Notes under the pieces: generated by a model
Database searches by the model: none
Told to the model about the DNA's origin: nothing
What the model saw: only the letters and a program-made list of their open reading frames with translations
Position numbers and translations under genes: made by a program
Part shown: positions 56,747 through 64,000 of the stretch, piece after piece
Layout of the letters: the number at the start of each line of letters is the position of its first letter
How positions within the stretch are numbered: position 1 is the first letter of the stretch
NCBI GenBank assembly: GCA_050951545.1
Contig: JBMNJG010000007.1
Coordinates: 320,001 to 384,000 of the forward strand
Direction: 5' to 3'
Length of the DNA: 64,000 nucleotides
From: Limnochordia bacterium
GTDB taxonomy: Bacteria > Bacillota > Limnochordia > DTU080

Positions 56747-58249
56747 ATGCGCACATCGACCTGCCCAGAGGCGGTAAGCAAGACGCTAAGAAGAGGGCTG
56801 TTCCTTCTGACGATCATAGGTCTATGCAGTGGTCCTTGCTGGGCAGAGGATGTTGCGAGGATCTTCATCACTGAGATCATCACAGACACCTCGCAGATAC
56901 TCTCAGAAAGTGAGATCGAGTCCGTCACCAGCAGGTATGTGCGACGGGATGTCACCATCACCGATCTGAACGAGATGGTAGGGGAGATCAACGAGCTGTA
57001 TCGACAGAGGGGCTTCATCACTGCGAAAGCTATTCTACCAGCCCAAAAGATAGAGAACGGTGTTGTCAGAATCCGCCTCGTAGAAGGACGGATAGGTAGG
57101 GTTGTGGTAGAGGGGAACAGGTCTGCGGCCGCCTCATACTTCACAAAGAGAATCCGGCTGACACCAGGTGATCTCATTCGCTTGGATAGGATGACGAATG
57201 AGGTCGGCTACTTCAACCGCGTAAACGACGATCAGGTCAACGTCCAGCTGACACCAGGTGAGGAGTTCGGGACAACCGATTGCGTACTGGTCATTCAGGA
57301 GGCTCGGGATCAAAGAATAGTCTTCATTGATAACGCTGGACGTGACGAAACTGGACTGATCCGCTTGGGTGCCACGTTCGTGCGCAGTCACCTGTTTGGT
57401 CACGGTGACCCTCTCTCTGTTTCTGGGGTATGGGCGCAAGGCACATTGGCTGGATCCGTGTCGTATCGAGTACCTATAGGTGTTCGAGGTGCACGACTCA
57501 CGATCGGATATGATGGCTCCCAAATAGATATCTTGTCGCCGGGGTTTGAGGACCTCGACATCAAAGGCTACTCATCTGACGTGCACATGGAGTTCGGCTA
57601 TCCCCTGGTAGTGACGCCCAAGCTCAGAGTATGGGGACCGGTACAGCTTCACCACAAGAGCTCTAACTCTACTTTTTCTGGAGCAAGTCTTGTCGGATCA
57701 GTCGTAAGAACTGCCGGAGTGGGCCTTAACGTACAGTGGGAAGGTTCGGGATTGGTGGGGTATGGCCAGTGTGATTACCAGGTAGGCGAAACCAAGCTGG
57801 AAAACGGTGATGGCGAAGGAGATACGTTCAGCAAGGGCGATTGTTCCTTCACTGGGCAGACCGCGTTGGCCAACAGGTTGTTCCTGACCGTTAGGGGTGC
57901 TGTGCAGGAAACGAAAGATCAGCTTCCGTCGTCCGAGAAGTTCTCGGTCGGCGGGGCCTCAACGGTGCGGGGATACCCGGAGGGGGCGCTAATCGGCGAC
58001 CGGGGCTTCTTCGCCAGCGTTGAGCTGGAGGCGCCGATGGGCTCGAGGCTCGCAGGCATCGTGTTCGTGGATCATGGTGGAGCCTTCGCGGCTACCGGGA
58101 GCGGCGTGGCGCATGAGTCGGGCCATCTGACTGGGATGGGAGTCGGCGTCTCTGCGCGTATCTTGCCCGGTCTGTCATGCAAGGTAGCGTATGGAATGTC
58201 GCAGCAACGCTCGCCAAGGGTTCATGTCTCGCTTCAGGCATCGCTTTAG
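56747..58249 (+). CDS. TpsB translocator (ShlB/FhaC/HecB family, Omp85 superfamily)
   Basis: POTRA region LYRQRGFITAKAILPAQ...EGRIG, IDNAG, SVGGASTVRGY motif, FVDHG. Confidence 0.92.
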   Translation: MRTSTCPEAVSKTLRRGLFLLTIIGLCSGPCWAEDVARIFITEIITDTSQILSESEIESVTSRYVRRDVTITDLNEMVGEINELYRQRGFITAKAILPAQKIENGVVRIRLVEGRIGRVVVEGNRSAAASYFTKRIRLTPGDLIRLDRMTNEVGYFNRVNDDQVNVQLTPGEEFGTTDCVLVIQEARDQRIVFIDNAGRDETGLIRLGATFVRSHLFGHGDPLSVSGVWAQGTLAGSVSYRVPIGVRGARLTIGYDGSQIDILSPGFEDLDIKGYSSDVHMEFGYPLVVTPKLRVWGPVQLHHKSSNSTFSGASLVGSVVRTAGVGLNVQWEGSGLVGYGQCDYQVGETKLENGDGEGDTFSKGDCSFTGQTALANRLFLTVRGAVQETKDQLPSSEKFSVGGASTVRGYPEGALIGDRGFFASVELEAPMGSRLAGIVFVDHGGAFAATGSGVAHESGHLTGMGVGVSARILPGLSCKVAYGMSQQRSPRVHVSLQASL

Positions 58250-58300
58250 AAGCGGCTGCCATGGTTGAGTCATCAGGTGATTTGAGGAGGCGCAAGTGAG

Positions 58301-58849
58301 ATGACAGGATTCGCAGCAAAAGCAAGGGCTGGTCTGATTGTGTTTCTGCTGGCGGTCATCATGACACCGACTGCAGGTGCAGCTCAGATCAAGATCGGAG
58401 TCATTGATATCAACACTGTCATTGGTCAGTCGGATGCAGGCCGGGCGGCGAACGACAGCCTTGCTCGTTTCATTGAGAGTACCAAGGCGGACTTGACAAA
58501 ACGGCAGAAGGCCATAGAGGATATGCGCCAGAATCTCGATGACGCATCCACGCCCGCTGAGGAGCGAGAGAAGAAGACGCTCGAACTAGATCAGCTAGAG
58601 AACGAACTGCAGGCAATGATATCAGAGGCGCAAAAAGCCATTGATAACCGAGCGGAGGAATACCGGAAGCTTGTGCTCGAGGATGTAGGCAAGGTACTGG
58701 CACTTATCGCGGAGGAAAATGGATACCATGTGATCATCGATTCCTCTTCGGTTTTCTACTACGCAAGGCTCGTTGATATCACCTGGGAAGTGATCAGGAA
58801 GTACAACGACCTGTTTGAGAAAGCAAGTCAGTCGGCTCAGGGGCAGTAG
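58301..58849 (+). CDS. skp: OmpH/Skp periplasmic chaperone
   Basis: Signal peptide, KIGVIDI, coiled-coil body, IAEENGY.VIID, DITWEVI. Confidence 0.88.
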   Translation: MTGFAAKARAGLIVFLLAVIMTPTAGAAQIKIGVIDINTVIGQSDAGRAANDSLARFIESTKADLTKRQKAIEDMRQNLDDASTPAEEREKKTLELDQLENELQAMISEAQKAIDNRAEEYRKLVLEDVGKVLALIAEENGYHVIIDSSSVFYYARLVDITWEVIRKYNDLFEKASQSAQGQ

Positions 58850-58887
58850 GTTACTGTTGACATATCTTCTGGGATTCCCCTTAACTC

Positions 58888-58924
58888 AACAGGCCGCCAT
58901 GACCACGGTCATGACGGCCTGTTT
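58888..58924. terminator. Bidirectional terminator ending the TPS unit
   Basis: AACAGGCCGCCATGACC-AC-GGTCATGACGGCCTGTTT. Confidence 0.75.
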
Positions 58925-58963
58925 GGTTAGCCGATGCTGAGAAGTAACGCCAAGTGCGTTCCT

Positions 58964-60238
58964 CTAGCGGTAGGACAAGATGGTCCGCAGGCTTTCCGCG
59001 AGCTGTTCAGCTGCAGTTTCCGGACCTACAGTGTTTTGCCATAGCGCGCCGATGTGTCGGTCGTAGGCTCCGCTTACCTGGCTGTACTCTTTCGTAAAGG
59101 GGAACTTCTGCCCGAACTCAAAGGAGCGGAAGACTGCTTCCCAGTCACGCTGATGCCCGGGCACCGAGCGCTCCATCTGAGGGATAAAGCTCCTCCAGGT
59201 TGATTGTCGCTTGGCTGGTCCCCATGCACCTTCTGCCAGCAGTGTGGCCTCTGGTTCGTAGCCCAGATACTTGACTAGAGTCCAGGCTGTCTCTACGTTC
59301 TTAGCTTGGGCGTTCATAGTAAAGGCTGTGCCATGCGACTCAGTTACTCGTTTGCCGCCTCGCCATCCCGGCATTACGGAGGCATGCCACTCGAAGGGCA
59401 GATTCTGGGCATTGAAGTAACCAATACCACTGTTCCATCCGATGGTCGTTGCCAGGTTGCCGTTGGCCCAGGCAACAGTAGCAGCCGTCGGTATGCCAGG
59501 ACCTGGAGCAGCATTGTACTCAAAGGCTAGACCATGGAAGAAACGCAAGGCCTCGACCGATGCCGGTAGGTTAGCTAGAACTTTCTTTTCGGCCGTGTCG
59601 AAGAAACCCCCGCCGCGAGCCGTCATCGCTGCCCAGACGGTGTAGATGCTACCACCATAGCCAAATGAGCCGAACTGCGTTACTGCCCCTTCGTTGTTCT
59701 TCCTCGTGAGTTTTCGCACCGCAGCCAGAAACTGGTCATCCCAGTTCCAGGTCTCATCGGGCAAGGCTACACCCGCCTCCTCGAACAGATTCTGGTTAAA
59801 GTACATCATCTGCACATCGAGGATATGTGGCAGGCCGTACAGGCGTCCCTCGTGGTAAAGCGGGGCGGTCGGGAAATAATCGGTCATTTTGAGATCGCGT
59901 TTGGCAAGACTGGTGAGGTCCATGAAGACGTTGTGCTCGATGAACTGTGGAAAGTAGGCGGGGCTGACCAAGATCACATCGGCTGCCAAGCCTGAGGTCA
60001 GTTCGACCAACAGCTTCTCATGGTAGACCCCCCACACTGAGTAGCGGGTATCGACGCTGATATCGGGGTACTTCTCCTCAAACGCACCTACCACTTTCTG
60101 GAACAGCTCGACCTGCTCGGGCTGGCCCCAGAAACCGAAAGAGATATCCTGTTTTGCGGCTATTCCTTGAACAGGACAAAGCGAGATCAGCATGAAGGCC
60201 AACGTTGTCATGAGCATGAGTTGTCTCGGCCGCTTCAA
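58964..60238 (-). CDS. ABC transporter sugar-binding protein (family 1)
   Basis: Signal peptide; FEEKYPDI, LYGLPH, FNQNLFE, TWNW, AKNVETAW; TTG start approximate (ORF track starts at 60433). Confidence 0.88.
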   Translation of the reverse strand: MKRPRQLMLMTTLAFMLISLCPVQGIAAKQDISFGFWGQPEQVELFQKVVGAFEEKYPDISVDTRYSVWGVYHEKLLVELTSGLAADVILVSPAYFPQFIEHNVFMDLTSLAKRDLKMTDYFPTAPLYHEGRLYGLPHILDVQMMYFNQNLFEEAGVALPDETWNWDDQFLAAVRKLTRKNNEGAVTQFGSFGYGGSIYTVWAAMTARGGGFFDTAEKKVLANLPASVEALRFFHGLAFEYNAAPGPGIPTAATVAWANGNLATTIGWNSGIGYFNAQNLPFEWHASVMPGWRGGKRVTESHGTAFTMNAQAKNVETAWTLVKYLGYEPEATLLAEGAWGPAKRQSTWRSFIPQMERSVPGHQRDWEAVFRSFEFGQKFPFTKEYSQVSGAYDRHIGALWQNTVGPETAAEQLAESLRTILSYR

Positions 60239-60471
60239 CAACAGCACCCCCAGAGCCTGATGCGTATTTTCGTTGTCATCTTCTGCAAATGATGCTCTAG
60301 TCCTGCAGTCGGAGGGGGCAAAGGGAGTCGCTGGCTTTCTGATCCGTCCTGCCAGGCGATGGCAAGCAGCGAAAAAAACAGCAGGTGAGTGAGTATATGA
60401 AAGGAATATGGTTACGCATAAAGAACCAATCAACTGAGAGTGTGGACAAACACAAGAAAGGGGTTTGTGCT

Positions 60472-61119
60472 GTGAAGAGACTTCATGTGCTTGGTCTAGC
60501 AGTGTTCGTGGCTCTTATCGTAAGCGTCGTAGCTGCTGCGGCAGCTCCTAATCTAGAGATCGTCATACCGAAAGCAACCAAGGCTCCGGTCATTGATGGA
60601 AAACTCAATGACGCGGCTTGGTTGAACGCGAGCATCAAAGGCGGCAAGGCTGTTGTAGATGTCGACAACAATGGTGTGATCTTGAGTCAGTACCCGCGCG
60701 TGGCTTACCTGACCTATGACGACAAGGCTCTCTACGTCGCGTTTGCCATTTTCGCCCCGGACGTGACAAAGCTTGAGTCGAGCTTGCCTGCCTGGTCGCA
60801 CAACGACGAGATCGAGGTCTTCCTGCAGCCCTTCAAGGTTGGTGACCATTTCCAGTTTGGCGTTACCGCTAACGGTACGCAGGGCGGCAGGGGAACTGGT
60901 GCACAGGCGGCTGTCAGCACAGCTGGTATTCGCTGGGTCGTCGAAATGGCTATTCCTTGGGACTCTGTCGGAGGCAAGGCTCCTAAGGCTGGTGACAAGT
61001 GGGGCCTGAACCTCTGCGGTCGTCAGATCGCTGTTGGTGATCAGTGGTTGGCTTGGAACTGCACCTTTGGGGGCTTCCACAACCCGGCTGCCTTCGGTAC
61101 GGCCATCTTTGGAGAGTAA
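60472..61119 (+). CDS. Secreted stand-alone CBM9-like / DOMON-like sugar-binding domain protein
   Basis: Signal peptide; PVIDGKLNDAAW, TYDDKALYVAF, DEIEVFL, WVVEMAIPW, WGLNLC, FHNPAAFG. Confidence 0.8.
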   Translation: MKRLHVLGLAVFVALIVSVVAAAAAPNLEIVIPKATKAPVIDGKLNDAAWLNASIKGGKAVVDVDNNGVILSQYPRVAYLTYDDKALYVAFAIFAPDVTKLESSLPAWSHNDEIEVFLQPFKVGDHFQFGVTANGTQGGRGTGAQAAVSTAGIRWVVEMAIPWDSVGGKAPKAGDKWGLNLCGRQIAVGDQWLAWNCTFGGFHNPAAFGTAIFGE

Positions 61120-61132
61120 TCGGCTTTTCTTT

Positions 61133-61162
61133 GGGGGCCGCCGCTGAGGCGGTCCCTCTCTT
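61133..61162 (+). terminator. Intrinsic terminator
   Basis: GGGGGCCGCC-GCTGA-GGCGGTCCCT then CTCTT. Confidence 0.6.
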
Positions 61163-61307
61163 GCGACCAACACTAGGGATGGCTGCTGGCCTATCTTCAG
61201 TGCTGCCAACGGGCAGCCGTCGGGGATGGGTTGGTGGTCATCTACTCTATATGTGGCTTATGTCGATGATGCAGCATGGAGGGACCTTTTCTTGAGGAGG
61301 GTATAGT

Positions 61308-62615
61308 GTGTACCGTAGGCGGAGCATGAGCATGATCATTGGGGCGTGTTGTATCGGGTTGCTTTTCATGTGTTCGGCGCTATCGTTATCGGCAGAACCA
61401 GTGAAAATAGCGGTTATGCTGCGGGGCGATAGCTCTCAGCGTGAGGCGTTTGCCAAGGAGATCATCCCGGCGTTTGAAGCTCGTCATCCCGGTATCGTGG
61501 CAGAGTGGGAACCAACGGCATCCGGTTGGCAGCAACGGATGGTGGTTAGTTACGCGGCTGGAGTGGCTCCGGATGTCACGGAGATGTTCAGCACGTTTAG
61601 TCAAGAATGGGCTGAGGCGGGCATGCTTCTCGACCTTCGTCCGTACGTTCAGCGTGACTTGAAGGCCAGTGACATTAAAGATTTCTTCCCACAGATATGG
61701 AACGCGGGGGTGCTACAGCACGGTTCACTCAAAGGCATCATGTATGGAGTACCGCGCTACGTGAATCTGATCGGTTCGGTAGCCTATAACGTGAACAAGC
61801 TGGGGGCCGCTGGTCTGGCGCCCATTGAGACCTTGGACGCCCAAGGGCGTTGGAACTGGGAGTCTTTTCGGGAGTATCTGCTGAAGCTGACGCAGCGGGC
61901 ACCTGATGGGCGTACCACTCAGTGGGGGCTATGTGCGCCAAGTTCTCGCTGGTCTACGATGCTCTTGGCTGGTGGTGGACGTCTTTTCAACTATCCAGAA
62001 GACCCGTATGAGTTTATGCTCAATCGACCTGAAGCGATCCACGCCCTTGAGTATTGGCAGACGCTGTATGCCAACGACAGGGTGGTCTCTAATGCCTGGT
62101 GGACGACGTTTGAGAAGGGCGAAGCTGGTATAGATCTCACTGGATCTGAGGTCTATGGCAAGTGGGGATCAGAAGTCATTCGTGATCGTTTCGAATGGAA
62201 CTTAGCGCCTTTGCCCTTGGGACCAGCTGGACGCGGTTCCAGCAGCGCCAAGGATCAATACGGGATTATCGCTACGACCAAACATCCTAACGAAGCGTGG
62301 GCCTTCGTCAAGTTTTGCATCTCGCCTGAAGGCCAGCGGATCATGATGTCGAGCTCTGGTGTGATGCCCATGCGCTCATCACTGCTACGCGAGTTCGTCA
62401 AGCTCTTCCCAGGCAAGAACATGCAGTACATGGCCGACGTGGCGCCGCAGGCCTTTATAGACCAGAAGGCGGTTACGGTGGAGGCTAAGCGCGTGGTGGC
62501 TCTTATCGACAATGCAGTAAACGCCAGCGCCATTCGGAACGAGAAATCGGTTAAGCAAGCTATAGAGGAGATCACCCCACAAATTGAGGCTATTCTGCAA
62601 GGATTGCCGCGCTAA
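61308..62615 (+). CDS. ABC transporter sugar-binding protein (family 1)
   Basis: Signal peptide; AAGVAPDV, YGVPRY, WNWE, FEKGEAG, WNLAPLP, TKHPNEAW. Confidence 0.9.
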   Translation: MYRRRSMSMIIGACCIGLLFMCSALSLSAEPVKIAVMLRGDSSQREAFAKEIIPAFEARHPGIVAEWEPTASGWQQRMVVSYAAGVAPDVTEMFSTFSQEWAEAGMLLDLRPYVQRDLKASDIKDFFPQIWNAGVLQHGSLKGIMYGVPRYVNLIGSVAYNVNKLGAAGLAPIETLDAQGRWNWESFREYLLKLTQRAPDGRTTQWGLCAPSSRWSTMLLAGGGRLFNYPEDPYEFMLNRPEAIHALEYWQTLYANDRVVSNAWWTTFEKGEAGIDLTGSEVYGKWGSEVIRDRFEWNLAPLPLGPAGRGSSSAKDQYGIIATTKHPNEAWAFVKFCISPEGQRIMMSSSGVMPMRSSLLREFVKLFPGKNMQYMADVAPQAFIDQKAVTVEAKRVVALIDNAVNASAIRNEKSVKQAIEEITPQIEAILQGLPR

Positions 62616-62626
62616 GAGGTGTTTTT

Positions 62627-63718
62627 GTGCACGTTGGTGATGCGTTTGAGGCGGCGGGGTTCACCCCGCCGTTCAGCCCAGATAACTACACTCAGGTGCT
62701 TCGCAGGGCTTCGTATCAGCCCTATGCGTGTCGAGCTGAGAACTCCGACGAGGTAAGAGCTTGGCAGAGGGAATTCCGAGCCCATCTTCTTAGCCTACTA
62801 GGCATTCCCCGCATTGCAGAATGCGCTAAGGGGAGCAAGGGATCAGAACGGGCGATGGGCCAGGTCGAGGTTGAAGACCACATCCGAGAAGAGTGGCTGC
62901 TGGAGACTGAACCCGGATTCTGGGTTCCTTTCTACTTGTTGAAGCCTAAGGGCGTGACAGAACCACGCCCGCTTGTCCTGGCTACTCACGGCCATCTCAA
63001 GGAAGGCAGACATGTCTATGCTGGCCTTGCGGCCACCGAAGAGGAGTGCAAGGAGAACTCGGCCAAGGATCGTGATATCGCTGTGCAAGCGGTGCGCGAG
63101 GGTTACATAGCCATCGCCCCGGATATGCGCGGCCTTGGGAGCCTGAGGCGTCAGCCTGAAAAGGACAAGGATGCCAACAATTCCTGTGAGCGCCTGCAGA
63201 TGCAGGCTATGCTTTTTGGTCGAACCCTTCTGGGCGAGCGGGTCTGGGATGTCATGAAGCTGGTTGATTGGGCAGCCCAAAGAGACGACGTGGACAGCAG
63301 TCGCATTGCCATTACGGGTGGATCAGGTGGCGGCACGGTCAGCTTGTTTGCCGCGGCGTGCGACGAACGGATCTCTGCGGCTGTACCCGCCGCCTACTTC
63401 TGCAGTTTCGAGCACTCCATCGGATCAATTTACCATTGCGCGTGTAACTATGTCCCTGGCATTCTGGCTGCAGCAGAGATGTACGATGTGGCAGGTCTGA
63501 TCGCGCCAAGGCCGTTCCTAGCAGTTTCCGCCAAGAAAGACCCAATCTTTCCCTTTCCAGCGGCTCAGGAATCATTCGCTCGTTTGCGCCGCATCTATGA
63601 GGCCGCGGGTGTTGGCGACCGCTGTGAGTTTTTCGCGGCTGATGGAGGTCATCGCTACTACAAGGAGCCAGTGTGGCCCTTCATCAGACGCTGGTTTACA
63701 TCTTGCGATGCAGTATAA
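62627..63718 (+). CDS. Alpha/beta hydrolase (acetyl esterase / dienelactone hydrolase-like)
   Basis: HGH, APDMRGLG, GGSGGG nucleophile elbow, HCACNYVPG, IAPRP, D-PIFP, GGHRY. Confidence 0.85.
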   Translation: MHVGDAFEAAGFTPPFSPDNYTQVLRRASYQPYACRAENSDEVRAWQREFRAHLLSLLGIPRIAECAKGSKGSERAMGQVEVEDHIREEWLLETEPGFWVPFYLLKPKGVTEPRPLVLATHGHLKEGRHVYAGLAATEEECKENSAKDRDIAVQAVREGYIAIAPDMRGLGSLRRQPEKDKDANNSCERLQMQAMLFGRTLLGERVWDVMKLVDWAAQRDDVDSSRIAITGGSGGGTVSLFAAACDERISAAVPAAYFCSFEHSIGSIYHCACNYVPGILAAAEMYDVAGLIAPRPFLAVSAKKDPIFPFPAAQESFARLRRIYEAAGVGDRCEFFAADGGHRYYKEPVWPFIRRWFTSCDAV

Positions 63719-63783
63719 TGAACTAAAGAGTGCTTATATCGACGAGCTGCCTAGCAGGATCAACAGGGAAGGAGAAAAGAGCC

Positions 63784-64000
63784 ATGTTTATCGACATTCA
63801 TGTGCATACGCGTCGTATTCCTGGTCCGCCCAGGCGTGGTAAGCAGGCCTATGCAACGCCGGAACAGCTGTTGGACAGGTACGAACCTATCGGTGTGGAG
63901 AGCGCGGTCTTACTGCCTGGGGTTAACCCGGAGTGTTCATATGTGCCCCAGTCAAACCAAGAGATCCTGGAGATATGCGAGAAATACCCGGGTCGGTTCA
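63784..64000 (+). CDS. Amidohydrolase family protein (5' part only, runs off the window)
   Basis: Read directly from the DNA: MFIDIHVHTRR...IGVESAVLLP...SNQEILEICEKYPGRF; DxHxH motif; RBS AAGGAG; absent from the ORF track. Confidence 0.8.
   Translation, partial: MFIDIHVHTRRIPGPPRRGKQAYATPEQLLDRYEPIGVESAVLLPGVNPECSYVPQSNQEILEICEKYPGRF

Noticed and set aside
55900-56750. TpsA as a CDI toxin or RTX leukotoxin
   Set aside because: No VENN/ELYN-type motif, no downstream immunity ORF (tpsB follows directly) and no GGxGxD nonapeptide repeats

Overview
This is a 64 kb chromosomal segment of moderately high GC, with no rRNA, tRNA, CRISPR array or mobile element visible. It is most likely from a diderm Bacillota (Limnochordia-like; inference): Firmicute-style RBSs, SigH-like promoters and Bacillus-type SbcCD occur together with outer-membrane genes. 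There are two main themes. (1) A dispersed carbohydrate-scavenging landscape: 7 family-1 sugar solute-binding proteins with no permease or ATPase in the window, 6 Gfo/Idh/MocA oxidoreductases, a xylose-isomerase-like TIM barrel, two secreted heparinase II/III-family lyases, an M14 peptidase, two alpha/beta hydrolases, a stand-alone CBM9-like protein, an unclassified secreted GH-like protein and a NPA-motif beta-barrel plus lipoprotein pair. Nearly all of these units are preceded by a recurrent AGG-N18/19-GAAT-like (SigH-type) motif. (2) A sigmaA-driven two-partner secretion locus: a giant 7149-aa LktA-like filamentous exoprotein (mosaic ~1.2 kb tandem repeats plus several non-beta-helix inserts), its TpsB translocator and an OmpH/Skp chaperone. 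Housekeeping sbcD-sbcC and a glycerophosphodiesterase sit in the middle. All functional calls are motif-based by eye; no searches were run.
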